A stretch of DNA of 64,000 nt from Candidatus Poribacteria bacterium (GTDB lineage: Bacteria; Poribacteria; WGA-4E; WGA-3G): the NCBI GenBank assembly GCA_965205015.1, contig OZ242029.1, forward strand, positions 4,960,001-5,024,000, read 5' to 3'. The position numbers and the translations under genes are program-made. Shown piece by piece: positions 47,464 through 57,794 of this stretch. The notes beneath the pieces are model-generated. The model did not search any database, was not told the DNA's origin, and saw only the letters and a list, made by a program, of their open reading frames with translations. Every line of letters begins with the position of its first letter. Positions within the stretch are counted from its first letter, which is position 1.

Positions 47464-49920
47464 CTAAGAAGAAATTGGTGTTTCATCTTCTTCTTCAAAC
47501 TCATCAAAATCGTCAAGATCAATAAGCAGGGGCTGGTCGACAACTTCAACTTTTGTTTCCTCAAGGGTCTCCTGCCCAATTCGCAATTGTCGTTCCGCGT
47601 CCACAACATCTCTGTTAATTTTGCCAATACACCGGTTGAGTTTCTCAACGAGGACAGTGTGGCCATGCATCGCACGGCGGATTTGGCGGAGCTGGTCGAT
47701 GACGAGTCGAAAGGTTCTGACGAAGTCGCCAGCATCTAAATCGGCATATTTTTCAAGTTGGTCAAAGGCACAGCCTTGACTCCAAGCGAGCATAGCAGTG
47801 CAGAGCCGGAGTTCTAACAGGGGTGTGATTTCAGTTACCTTATGCTTAGCCTCTAAACGCTGTATGAACGAAATTTCAGAACTGACTGTATAAAGTGCCT
47901 CTAACACACGTTCGTCTTTGAGGGGCTTAAAGTATCCATCTTTACGAGGCTCCGTGATAATCGCTACCATGAGACAGTTAATTTCGTCTTCCGTCAACTG
48001 CTCAAAAAGTCCGCTAAATAGCAATTGGGTTAATTGGAGTTCATATCCGTAGATAGAAGCAGCGGTGCTTCCACGTGGCAGAACGGATTGGTCTTCAATG
48101 TATCCGAGTTCTTCAAGCACCTTCAGACGGGCGGCTATCTGCCGCTGTGGCTGGTTCTTCATAGATTTCGTCTTCTTTTTGATTTTCTGAAGCTGCGCAT
48201 CTGCCTGGCGAATTGCCGTATATCTTCCACCACACGTGTTCAAGTGCGGACATCCGGTACAAAGACTCTTCTCGGAATTCGTTTGAATACGTTTAATTTC
48301 TTTGCGAATGGTGTCCAGCCGCTTCAAGCGCTCCTTTTTCCGCCTTTTTCCTCGCTTCTGCGATCTGATTTGCGCCATCTCTCCATACAAACGCTGAATC
48401 TGGTGTCCACGACTTCGCTTCTGGCGAAGATGTTTCCGAATTTGCTGACTTCCATCAATACCCTCGTGAATACACTCGGGTTCAGGGAGCGTCTGAAGTT
48501 TTTTCGTTTTACTATTAATCTGCCTGCTGCGCTCAGCGACCCACACGCGGTTTTGATGATTACTCAGACTCATTGTGTAAACATCGTAAATGTCATCCCC
48601 ATATTTCTCGTAAAGGTTAAGAATGCTGGAATAGGAAAGATTGAATTGACTCTCTATGGGTTCAATCTTATTAGAAACAACCCCTTGAATTTCATCGACA
48701 TCGGCGTATGTAGGTATAATTTGCGCATAGACATAACCGATGGTATCTATACCGCGTCTGCCTGCGCGCCCTGACATCTGATGATATTCCCGCGCCTTGA
48801 GGTGTCGAAATCCGAACCCATCAAATTTTTCGAGGCTGTCAAAAACCACTGAGCAGGCTGGCATATTAATGCCAACGGCGAACGTTTCTGTGGTAAAAAG
48901 GAATTGGATCAATCCGGAGGTAAATAACCTTTCAACGATCTCTTTCAGCGTCGGTAGCATACCGGCGTGATGATAGGCGATGCCACAACTCACTAATTTA
49001 CGGAACTCTGCAATCTTGTTTTCCTCGGCGATGTCGAATTGGAGGCAGAGTTCATCAAATTGCTTTAAAATCTGTGCCGTCTGTTCTTCATTCAGCAGCT
49101 GTAACTGCGATCCGAACGCCAATGATTTTGCGTTTTCTTCACACCTCCTCCGACTAAAACAGAAATAGAGGCACGGAAATTGCTTCTCTTGACGGAGATG
49201 CGGAATCAGACGTGTCTCCACGAAGCCTGCGGGAAATGCCGGAAGGTTTCTATTTTCCAATACCCCAGAATTTCGTACCCCGATATCGTGCTGAGATATT
49301 TTTCGCAGGCGGGAGATGTGTGAGGTATCCCCAATGCCGTAATCTTTAAAATAGAGGTAATGTTTTAAAGGAACCGGACGCTTTAATTCCTCGACTATCT
49401 CAATGTCGATATCCCGCACGCTTTGCATCCACTCTGTGAAAGGATTAATGTTCGGGATTGTGGCACTCAGACAGACGAATTTAATATGTTGCGGGGCGAA
49501 AATGATACTCTCTTCCCAGACTGTTCCGCGCTCAATATCATTAATATAATGGATTTCGTCAAAGATGACGTAAGAAACGTCTTGTAACCGTTCAATATCG
49601 TCAAAGATGGTATTCCGAAAAATCTCGGTCGTCATCAACAGCACTTGCGCATACGGATTTAGGACCACATCGCCTGTAACAATGCCGATTTTTTCCCCAT
49701 ATTCGGCGTAAAAATCCCGATATTTTTGATTACTGAGGGCTTTGATCGGTGCGGTGTAGATAACGCGACGGTTCTCCTTAAGACATTTTTCAACGGCGTA
49801 CTCAGCAATAACAGTTTTACCCGCCCCTGTTGGGGCAGTGACAATCACTGAAGTATCCCGATTAATCGCCGCGATCGCTTCCTCTTGAAACCGATCCAGT
49901 TGTAACCCTTTGTAAAGCAT
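47464..49920 (-). CDS. Ski2-like DExH RNA helicase (HelY family)
   Basis: APTGAGKT, PIKALSNQKY, DEIH, LSAT, HHAG, QMSGRAGRRG; DSHCT-like C-terminus. Confidence 0.92.
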   Translation of the reverse strand: MLYKGLQLDRFQEEAIAAINRDTSVIVTAPTGAGKTVIAEYAVEKCLKENRRVIYTAPIKALSNQKYRDFYAEYGEKIGIVTGDVVLNPYAQVLLMTTEIFRNTIFDDIERLQDVSYVIFDEIHYINDIERGTVWEESIIFAPQHIKFVCLSATIPNINPFTEWMQSVRDIDIEIVEELKRPVPLKHYLYFKDYGIGDTSHISRLRKISQHDIGVRNSGVLENRNLPAFPAGFVETRLIPHLRQEKQFPCLYFCFSRRRCEENAKSLAFGSQLQLLNEEQTAQILKQFDELCLQFDIAEENKIAEFRKLVSCGIAYHHAGMLPTLKEIVERLFTSGLIQFLFTTETFAVGINMPACSVVFDSLEKFDGFGFRHLKAREYHQMSGRAGRRGIDTIGYVYAQIIPTYADVDEIQGVVSNKIEPIESQFNLSYSSILNLYEKYGDDIYDVYTMSLSNHQNRVWVAERSRQINSKTKKLQTLPEPECIHEGIDGSQQIRKHLRQKRSRGHQIQRLYGEMAQIRSQKRGKRRKKERLKRLDTIRKEIKRIQTNSEKSLCTGCPHLNTCGGRYTAIRQADAQLQKIKKKTKSMKNQPQRQIAARLKVLEELGYIEDQSVLPRGSTAASIYGYELQLTQLLFSGLFEQLTEDEINCLMVAIITEPRKDGYFKPLKDERVLEALYTVSSEISFIQRLEAKHKVTEITPLLELRLCTAMLAWSQGCAFDQLEKYADLDAGDFVRTFRLVIDQLRQIRRAMHGHTVLVEKLNRCIGKINRDVVDAERQLRIGQETLEETKVEVVDQPLLIDLDDFDEFEEEDETPISS

Positions 49921-50072
49921 CCAACCCTCCCTTGCATTTCAAACCACCTCCGCACAATGGACAAGCAGTGTGAGGTGTAATGTTAAGAACAATTGTAATA
50001 GATACGTTATTTTTTGTCAAGCGAAATTTTCTCAAACCCAAGGCTATTTAGTTTTAAGGTTCTTGTGCAATT

Positions 50073-50179
50073 TATCGGAAAAGCCGGGAATCGGAGCATT
50101 AGGGGCAGGTACAAGACCTAAGGAAACACCGAAGCAAAAACCCCTACAAGAGGTCTATTTATTTTTCGGGTTTACCATA
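50073..50179. mobile_element. Degenerate MITE related to 44165-44280, carrying an interrupted REP
   Basis: Right end TATTTTTCGGGTTTACCATA matches 44261-44280 at 18/20 positions. Confidence 0.6.
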
Positions 50180-50207
50180 AATGACCCTGCGTTTCTGTCG
50201 TTTCTCC

Positions 50208-50236
50208 TTGACATCCTCCACTTTTCATGTTACTAT
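50208..50236 (+). promoter_or_regulatory. sigma70 promoter
   Basis: TTGACA-N17-TACTAT with a TGn extension. Confidence 0.7.
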
Positions 50237-50290
50237 AGGTATTAAGAGCGTTTAAACTGGGTTCCATATCAACGTTAGAGGTGAAAACTT

Positions 50291-50791
50291 ATGCAAAACG
50301 CTAAAGGGAGACGAAACCAAGGGTCGTCTATCTATGGCAAGCAGATCTTGGCGATTCTGATAAGTGTCGCGCTTTGTGGTGTTATCGCATGGGCACAAAA
50401 GCGTAATGATGAAAATAAGAAGGGCATCACCTTAGTAGATCTCGGCGTAACAGCGGCACAGAAAGCCCAACTTGAAGAATTGTGGGACCTGAAACGTCAA
50501 AAAGACATTCAGTCAATCAATGACTTGAAAACCTTAAATCGACTCGCCAAGGATTCGCTTGTAGAAGATATAGAAATTCAGAAAACCTTAGACGAATTCC
50601 GAGCGAAACGGCAGCAGATGCAAGGACAGATTGAAGAGATTGAGGAAGAATTGGTTCAGACATTACCGACTCAAGCGCAACTCCATTTAACACTGATGGG
50701 TGTGTTGGATAACGGTATCCCGCGCCGAACGAAGAAGCCACAAACCAACAAGACCCCAAACGCAGCACCTAAACCACCGTCAGAACAGTAG
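50291..50791 (+). CDS. Periplasmic helical protein, Spy/CpxP/ZraP-like
   Basis: Signal peptide; LGVTAAQKAQL and LPTQAQ resemble LTxxQ motifs; coiled-coil core. Confidence 0.55.
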   Translation: MQNAKGRRNQGSSIYGKQILAILISVALCGVIAWAQKRNDENKKGITLVDLGVTAAQKAQLEELWDLKRQKDIQSINDLKTLNRLAKDSLVEDIEIQKTLDEFRAKRQQMQGQIEEIEEELVQTLPTQAQLHLTLMGVLDNGIPRRTKKPQTNKTPNAAPKPPSEQ

Positions 50792-50805
50792 GTGCAATAA
50801 AAAAG

Positions 50806-50878
<73 letters not shown>

Positions 50879-50948
50879 ACACAAAGATTGTTTTAATTAT
50901 ATCACATATTCTCAGGGAATGCAAGAAAAATTTACCTTCTTCGGAAAA

Positions 50949-51785
50949 ATGACTCAAAAACCGCAAACAGATCCATTTTTTTCCTTCGCGAATCTTGATA
51001 GTAACGAAGTTGAACTCGCAACAGGTGCCCTGCTCATCGCGCAAAGCGAGTATCGCGAACTCAATATTGAGAATTACCTCTACCAACTTGACGAGATGGC
51101 GGCTGCGGTCCGGGAACGGATCCAAGCGGCAACGCTACCTGAGCAGCACATCACCGAATTGAATCGATATCTCTTTGAGGAAAAAGGCTTCACAGGAAAT
51201 ATCGATAATTATTACGCGCTCGGTAACAACTTCCTCAACTTTGTCCTTGATAAAAAGACAGGGATTCCAATCACGTTAGGTGTTGTCTACATCGAAGTTG
51301 GTAGACGCGCTGGGTTACCACTCGTCGGTGTAAATTTTCCAGGGCATTTCCTTGTCAGATACCAACGCGAACATTTAGACATCCTGCTTGATGTATTTGA
51401 AAACGGATCCTTTATGTGCGAAGACGCACTTCGGGCAAAACTCCAAGAAACCCACGGTGACTCGGTACCGCTGGAATCGAGTATGTTGACTGAAGCCACA
51501 GATAAAGAGATCCTTGCCCGCATTTTGCGGAATCTGACGCGCGCCTACACGCTCCTTGAAAACTACGATAAAGCCCTTACAGCCGCTGAACGCATTACGT
51601 GGTTGTTACCAAACACCGCCCCGGACTACCGCCTGCTCGGTTACCTACACTACAAAAATCATGCGTACAGCAAAGGTATCGCCGCCTTCGAGACATATCT
51701 CCGCCTCGCAGACGCTCCGCCCGATGCCACGGCAGTCGAGCGAAACATACAGCACCTCCAAAAGCTACTCTCGCGTCTGAATTAA
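50949..51785 (+). CDS. SirB1/transglutaminase-like (Transglut_core2) protein with TPR
   Basis: LFEEKGFTGN..YY, GIPITL, GVNFPGHFL, ILARILRNL. Start uncertain (50919 or 50949). Confidence 0.88.
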   Translation: MTQKPQTDPFFSFANLDSNEVELATGALLIAQSEYRELNIENYLYQLDEMAAAVRERIQAATLPEQHITELNRYLFEEKGFTGNIDNYYALGNNFLNFVLDKKTGIPITLGVVYIEVGRRAGLPLVGVNFPGHFLVRYQREHLDILLDVFENGSFMCEDALRAKLQETHGDSVPLESSMLTEATDKEILARILRNLTRAYTLLENYDKALTAAERITWLLPNTAPDYRLLGYLHYKNHAYSKGIAAFETYLRLADAPPDATAVERNIQHLQKLLSRLN

Positions 51786-52008
51786 GATTAACGCAACATC
51801 CCCACGCTTACCCAAGCAAAAGACATGACATTTTCTCGCGGACGTGATATACTGAGTTTGAACGTCCTGTTAGCGGATGCACACGTGCAGCGGATTTCCG
51901 TTTTCACGTTCGTGCCGGTCCGCATAAGGGTTAATGGCAAATATTACATCTGAATTTCAGCGGTTTCTGGAAAAATCTCAGCCCAAATTAACAATGGAGG
52001 AGATAAAC

Positions 52009-52791
52009 ATGAATTATCTGGAACGCTATTGCACTTGGGTATGTACTGTCCTGATCCTGCTCAATCTATCATTGACAGCGTTGGGACAGGCAGAAAAGGC
52101 GGAAACTCTTGTTGGACACTGGACATTTGAGAAAGGGGTCGAACAGGAAGATCTTACGGGTAACTTTGCTGATATTAAGCTCATGGGTGCTACAATCGAG
52201 GACGGTCAATTGAATGTGGATATTGGCAAGTGGGCAATCGCCAGTGGATATAATGGACCGGATATCGGAGAAAAGACGTTGGTGTCGTGGGCAATCATGG
52301 ATAATCTTGATGTCCAGAAAGGCTCAATACTCACCATCGACCGTCTCTCCGATCCGACATTCGACGCGATCGTCTTTGGGGAACGTCAGCCTCATCGTTG
52401 GATGGCAGGTAGCGGTTGGTTTCACCGCACCCAAGACCCGAAACCTGGGTTCGAGGAAAAGAAAACGGGAGAGCTGATTATGATGGCGATCTCGTACGAA
52501 GATGACGGTGGCACGGCGCGGGTACAGATATACCGGAACGGAGACAAAATTGGCGACTATACATTCGGTCAATTCGTGACCTTTGAGAACAACGATGCCG
52601 AGGCAATCTGGGGGAAGCGCCACGGAGGTTTGGGTGGAGGTCCGGGAGATCTCGACGCGCATATTGAGGATTCACGCATCTACGCTTCCGCTCTCAGTGA
52701 GGCAGAGATCAAAAACTTGCTGCCTGATACGCTTGATGTGGAAGCGCACGGTAAAATCGCGACGACCTGGGCAAGACTGAAAACAGAGTAA
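52009..52791 (+). CDS. Secreted LamG-like jelly-roll protein with C-terminal KIATTW tail
   Basis: GGAGG RBS; LVGHWTFE; IEDSRIYASALSEAEI; ends DVEAHGKIATTWARLKTE. Confidence 0.78.
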   Translation: MNYLERYCTWVCTVLILLNLSLTALGQAEKAETLVGHWTFEKGVEQEDLTGNFADIKLMGATIEDGQLNVDIGKWAIASGYNGPDIGEKTLVSWAIMDNLDVQKGSILTIDRLSDPTFDAIVFGERQPHRWMAGSGWFHRTQDPKPGFEEKKTGELIMMAISYEDDGGTARVQIYRNGDKIGDYTFGQFVTFENNDAEAIWGKRHGGLGGGPGDLDAHIEDSRIYASALSEAEIKNLLPDTLDVEAHGKIATTWARLKTE

Positions 52792-52816
52792 CATTTGAAC
52801 ATGAGTTGTATGAGAT

Positions 52817-52846
52817 GTCCCGGAGGGTTTTGAAACCCTTCGGGAC
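52817..52846. repeat. REP-like hairpin
   Basis: GTCCCGGAGGGTTTTGAAACCCTTCGGGAC. Confidence 0.6.
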
Positions 52847-52906
52847 TTCCACAAGAGAAAACTAATATTGTTTTTATACCTGTAAAGAAAAATCGAAACG
52901 CAAAGC

Positions 52907-53596
52907 ATGAAAATTTTAGGTATTGACACCTCAACCCCTATCGGAAGCATCGCCTTAATAGATGGCGATAATTTAGTCGCGGAGCATACGCTCAATATTG
53001 TCCAAGCGCACTCCTCCAGACTCATGCCTGCAATTGATAGTGTCTTGAAATGGGGCAACATCACAGTAGATGCTCTGGGCGGATGCGCTGTCGGCATCGG
53101 ACCCGGATCGTTCACCGGTATCCGCATCGGTGTCGCGACGATCAAATCCGTCTGTTATGCCCTTGATAAACCGATTGTTGCCGTCTCGACCCTGGAGGCG
53201 ATTGCGTATAATCTCCGATCGACAAACGGTGTCATCTGCCCACTTCTCGATGCCCGACGGAGTGAAATTTATGGCACTGCCTTCCACGGTGGTACCGAAT
53301 GGCAACGCCTCAGCGAAGACCTCTGTTTACCTATTGATGCGTTCCTGGATCGACTTGGTGAAGTGACGGCACAACGGCGTGTGCCTACTACTTTTAATTT
53401 TGTTGGAGATGGACTCCTGACATACGGGAAGGCTGTCCGAGAAAGACTCGGTGAGCGCGCACACTTCGCCGATCCCATTTTCAACGTTCCACGGGGAGCA
53501 ACGATTGCACACCTTGGGGCACAACGGCTGCAGCACGGAGAGCGCGATAGTTATTGGACCTTAGTGCCGAACTACGTTAGAGTTGGATTATATTAA
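52907..53596 (+). CDS. tsaB: tRNA t6A modification subunit TsaB
   Basis: ILGIDTST, HSSRLMP, GPGSFTGIRIG, DARRSEIY. Confidence 0.95.
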   Translation: MKILGIDTSTPIGSIALIDGDNLVAEHTLNIVQAHSSRLMPAIDSVLKWGNITVDALGGCAVGIGPGSFTGIRIGVATIKSVCYALDKPIVAVSTLEAIAYNLRSTNGVICPLLDARRSEIYGTAFHGGTEWQRLSEDLCLPIDAFLDRLGEVTAQRRVPTTFNFVGDGLLTYGKAVRERLGERAHFADPIFNVPRGATIAHLGAQRLQHGERDSYWTLVPNYVRVGLY

Positions 53597-53655
53597 CGCA
53601 AGTTGCCATCTATATAAAATTCCTGACAACCGGAAGGGGGAAGTGCCGCAGTTAG

Positions 53656-55086
53656 ATGAATCGCATCTTTAAAAACACGTCCTCCCTTTTTAGTGCACAC
53701 CTTATCGGCCGCCTCGGCTCACTCGTAATAACGATCTGGCTCATGCCGCGTTATTTTACTGAAAGTGAACTCGGCGGCTATTTTGTTGCGATCGCCCTCA
53801 CGAACCTTATCGCGATTCTCACGGAATTAGGACTCCAAAATCCACTTATCCGAGAGATGACGTTGCATCTGCAACAGACCCGTCACTATCTCGGTAACGC
53901 CCTCATCGTTCGCTGCATCCTCTCAATTATCGCATACGGCATCATGATTATCAGCGGTATCTATCTCTACCCCCCGATAATCGTAAAGATGATAGTGTTC
54001 CTTGGATTGGCAGAGATCGCAAATTCCTTAGCGCAATTGTATCGCTGCGTCTTTCGCGCACACGAGGAGATGAAATACGAGGCACTAACGGTAATAGCGG
54101 AGCGTGGGGCGTTTCTTGTCATCGGCGGTGGCGCGATTTTACGCGGCTATGGACTCATTCCCGTCTGTCAAGTGATGCTCGCGGCAAGCTGTATTAACCT
54201 GATTTTGAGCGTTGGACTCACCCGATTCCGCTTCACCGAACTCCGTTTCCGACCGAGTCAGGAGATCGTGAAAGTGTTGATGCAGCAGGCACTTCCGTTT
54301 GCGATTGGGAATCTTTTCAATCTGCTCTATTTTCGCGTTGATGCAATTATGCTGTCGAAATTAAGCGCAGAAGGGGTGGATGCAAACACATGGTACGGTT
54401 TGGCGTATACGATCGTTAACGCTTTTACGATTCTGCCGGGCGCGTTTATGATGGGGGCGATGTTTCCTGTCCTCTCCCGTGCGTGGGAACGCGAAAAAGG
54501 GAGATTTCCCGGGGCATACGCGTTCGGTATGCGGTGGATGGTGCTGAGCGGATTTCCGTTGGCGGTTGGACTTTCGACCCTATCTCCCGAAATTACGACG
54601 GTGTTGTTTCCGACCTACGCACCGAATGAAGTAGAAAAGGTGTCAAACGCGCTCCAATGGCTGAGTTGGGCGGGTGGACTCATCTTCATAACGACAGCGG
54701 TGCAGGCGGTGCTCCGGGCAACAGACAAACGCAGCGCTTTCTCCGTTCTCATGGGAACAACGGCACTCCTGAACATCTGTCTGAATCTATACTTAATCCC
54801 GCGTTTCAGTCATACTGGTGCGGCAATAGCGATGGTTATCAGTGAGGGATACCTACTTATCTTTGGAATCGGTTACATTTCAAGAAACATTGTCAAACTC
54901 CGAGCAACCCCTTTTATATTCCGCACGCTTTTGAAAGCAACTTTCCTTTCCGGTGTGATGGGTATCGGTTTAGTGGTGTTGAAGGGTTCTTTCTCCATTT
55001 GGGTGCTGATTCCGGTGGCAGTGCTGTTTTATGGTGGCGGGATGGCTCTTCTGGGCGAATTCCGAGAGAGACTTAGATTTGATTAG
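53656..55086 (+). CDS. Wzx/MOP-family polysaccharide flippase
   Basis: RIFKNT, ELGL..LIRE, YFRVD.IMLS, LIPRFSHTGAAIA; 12-14 TM segments. Confidence 0.85.
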   Translation: MNRIFKNTSSLFSAHLIGRLGSLVITIWLMPRYFTESELGGYFVAIALTNLIAILTELGLQNPLIREMTLHLQQTRHYLGNALIVRCILSIIAYGIMIISGIYLYPPIIVKMIVFLGLAEIANSLAQLYRCVFRAHEEMKYEALTVIAERGAFLVIGGGAILRGYGLIPVCQVMLAASCINLILSVGLTRFRFTELRFRPSQEIVKVLMQQALPFAIGNLFNLLYFRVDAIMLSKLSAEGVDANTWYGLAYTIVNAFTILPGAFMMGAMFPVLSRAWEREKGRFPGAYAFGMRWMVLSGFPLAVGLSTLSPEITTVLFPTYAPNEVEKVSNALQWLSWAGGLIFITTAVQAVLRATDKRSAFSVLMGTTALLNICLNLYLIPRFSHTGAAIAMVISEGYLLIFGIGYISRNIVKLRATPFIFRTLLKATFLSGVMGIGLVVLKGSFSIWVLIPVAVLFYGGGMALLGEFRERLRFD

Positions 55087-55220
55087 CAGTCCCTATTTCA
55101 CTATCATCACCCGTTGTGTTGCGGTGAAATCTCCCGCGACGAATTGTAAAAAGTAGATGCCACTCGAAACGGGTTCGCCTGCTTCATTCCGCCCATCCCA
55201 ATAGACGGCTTGCTCGCGTG

Positions 55221-55286
55221 TTCTGATATGCGGAGCAAGTCTCCATTTTCTATACCAGACCAACCTTTTTCCTGAAAGGGCACCAT
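55221..55286 (-). pseudogene. Fragment of a DUF5615-type PIN toxin
   Basis: QEKGWSGIENGDLLRISE resembles the GWxGxxNGxLL motif; the flanking sequence is unrelated. Confidence 0.45.
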
Positions 55287-55299
55287 GAAGAGATACCCA

Positions 55300-56571
55300 T
55301 TAAGGATACAACTCCTGCAGCACCTCAAAATAATTAGGGAACGTTTTGCTGACACAGTCTGGATCGTTAATCCGAATCCCGTTTGCCTTTAAGCCGACGA
55401 GCGCAAACGCCATTGCCATGCGGTGGTCTTCGTAGGTATCAATCGCTGCAGGGGTAACAGATGAAGGCGAAATTTCGAGTCCGTCTCGGTTTTCAACGAC
55501 AGGCACGCCTAATTTTCGGAGTTCCGTCACCATTGCATGGATTCGGTCGGTTTCTTGCCAGCGCGTGTGTTCAATGTTTCGGATGGTTACTCTGCTATCG
55601 GCAAAGGGAGCAATCGCCGCGAGGGTTAGAGCAGTATCCGAAACCGCCCGCATATCCACATCGATCCCTTTCAATTGACGCGGACCCGTAACGGTAATGC
55701 CACCGTCAGAAACAGTGACCTGACACCCCATCTGTTCTAAAATACGTACGAACTGAACATCGCCTTGCCTGGAATCCAAAGACAGATATTGGACAGTGAC
55801 ACGTCCTCCTGTGATCGCGGCAGCAGCAAAGAAGTAGGAGGCGTTGGAAGCGTCGGGTTCAATATTATAGATACGCGGCTGATACCGTTGCCCACCTTCA
55901 ATCCGAAAATACTTATAGCCAGCACTGACGACCTGCACACCAAACGCCTCCATCACTGCAAGTGTGATGTCAATATAGGGCATTTCGCGATCGCCGATAA
56001 CCTCAATCTCTACGTCATTTTTAGCATAGGGTGCGATGAGTAGTAACGCCGTCAAGAACTGACTGCTCTTACTGACATCAAGTTGGGTCTTCCCACCCGC
56101 TAACCCGTCTGCTTCAACAATGACAGGAAGATGTCCATTGTCAAATTGCGAGCGTGCGGAAACGCCAATTTGTGTTAGGGCATCCAGTAAATCGGAGATA
56201 GGGCGGCCGTGTCGCATCGGTGCATCGCCATCAATGACGAACTTTCCACGCCCTAATGACACGTAGGCGGTCAGCGAACGTGAAGTGGTTCCTGAGTTCC
56301 CGATATAAAGTTCAGCACTCGAAACCGGAATATCGCCACCGTTTCCATGCACATTAAACGTCGTTCGCTTCTCATCAGCGTCAATCTCGACCCCGAGCTT
56401 CCGCAGCGCCGTGCACATATAGCGCGTATCATCGCTGAAGAGGGCACCGGTTATGGTTGAAGCCCCGCGTGCCAACGCGGCAACTAATAATGCCCGATTG
56501 GTATAACTTTTAGAACCGGGAACCGTTATGGTGGCATCAACGGGTTTGCGAATCGGCTGTATTTCCATCAT
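55300..56571 (-). CDS. aroA: 3-phosphoshikimate 1-carboxyvinyltransferase
   Basis: PGSKSYTNR, GNSGT, SSQF, ETDRI, DHRMAMAF, KTFP. Confidence 0.97.
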   Translation of the reverse strand: MMEIQPIRKPVDATITVPGSKSYTNRALLVAALARGASTITGALFSDDTRYMCTALRKLGVEIDADEKRTTFNVHGNGGDIPVSSAELYIGNSGTTSRSLTAYVSLGRGKFVIDGDAPMRHGRPISDLLDALTQIGVSARSQFDNGHLPVIVEADGLAGGKTQLDVSKSSQFLTALLLIAPYAKNDVEIEVIGDREMPYIDITLAVMEAFGVQVVSAGYKYFRIEGGQRYQPRIYNIEPDASNASYFFAAAAITGGRVTVQYLSLDSRQGDVQFVRILEQMGCQVTVSDGGITVTGPRQLKGIDVDMRAVSDTALTLAAIAPFADSRVTIRNIEHTRWQETDRIHAMVTELRKLGVPVVENRDGLEISPSSVTPAAIDTYEDHRMAMAFALVGLKANGIRINDPDCVSKTFPNYFEVLQELYP

Positions 56572-57467
56572 TTAGCAATCCCTGCGTCCGATAATAATTG
56601 TCGGAGTTCGTCCTTCGCAGCTTCGCTAACGGGCAGCAAGGGTCCCGTTGTATGGGCATTACAGACTCCCAAAATCTCCAGACACGCCTTCATGCCGCTC
56701 ACACCCTGTCCATAGGTATACATTTTGCCGAGCCGAAGTAACAATTTCTGTAACCGGTGGACTTCATCGATGTCGCGTGCCTTTGCGGCATTATAGAGCG
56801 CGACAGATTCTTTCGGAGCGACGTTTGAAATCGAGACGACACCCCCATCGGCACCAAACAGTACCGCAGCCCCGAGCGCAGTATGCGAACCGAGCATGAC
56901 AGAGAAATCCGTCCGATCCCCGAGTAAAGCCAAGAGATTGAGGCAGTTCGTCCAATCGCCCGAACTGTCCTTAATGCCAACAATATTCTCACACGTCTCC
57001 GCGAGCTGGGCAACGATATAGGGTTTAATCGCTGTCTTGACGGTTGAAGGGATGTTGTAAATGAAAACAGGGAGTTCCGTGCTTGCAGCAACATCATAAT
57101 AGAATTCAATCAGATCTGCATCGTCGGTAGAGGGGTAGTAGTAACCGGGTGTTGCAGCGACCGCATCAACGCCGAACTGTTCAGCAATTTTGATGTTTTG
57201 GATAACGCGCTGGGTGCTTGTGTCCATCACACCACAGATCATCGGCACCCGACCGCCGATCGCTTTGACAGCGATGTCCATCGCCCGTTCGCGCTCCGTA
57301 TTCGTCAACGTGGTAAATTCACCAGAAGTCCCCAATAGATAGATGCCGTGGATACCGTTGTCAATCAAACGATTGAGTTGATTAATAAACCCGAGTTCAT
57401 CAACGCGCTCTTTTTCATCAAGTGGCGTTATCGTGGGTGAAAAAATGCCTTCAAATCGGATATTCAT
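56568..57467 (-). CDS. DapA-family aldolase/lyase
   Basis: GTSGE, YNIP, GIKDSSG; ATGA overlap with aroA. Confidence 0.88.
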   Translation of the reverse strand: MNIRFEGIFSPTITPLDEKERVDELGFINQLNRLIDNGIHGIYLLGTSGEFTTLTNTERERAMDIAVKAIGGRVPMICGVMDTSTQRVIQNIKIAEQFGVDAVAATPGYYYPSTDDADLIEFYYDVAASTELPVFIYNIPSTVKTAIKPYIVAQLAETCENIVGIKDSSGDWTNCLNLLALLGDRTDFSVMLGSHTALGAAVLFGADGGVVSISNVAPKESVALYNAAKARDIDEVHRLQKLLLRLGKMYTYGQGVSGMKACLEILGVCNAHTTGPLLPVSEAAKDELRQLLSDAGIAK

Positions 57468-57794
57468 GAATGCCTCCTATAGAGCGTAATTGCCGTCTTT
57501 CTCACGCATATGGCTTGCCAAGAATATAGTATCGAATTATGAATTTCAGTGTAGCAGATTCCGATTTAGTTGTCAAGATGATCCGAAAAACGACTCGGGC
57601 TATTTAGTCCTCGGATTTTTAGGGAGTTCGGTTGGAAAATCGCGACGACAAGAATAGTTTCTGTTTGCAAATTATGCCGAAAACGTGCTATGATACTGTC
57701 AAACCCAATCAGGTGACATACCCCGCAGCAACGGCATATCGCAAATGTTAAATAAGTAGAAGGTAGACCCGGCAGCGTCCTAAAAGGAATCACA

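Noticed and set aside
46061-48774. Long antisense ORFs (46061-46822, 48034-48774) and similar ones elsewhere
   Set aside because: They lie opposite well-supported genes and show no recognisable motifs.
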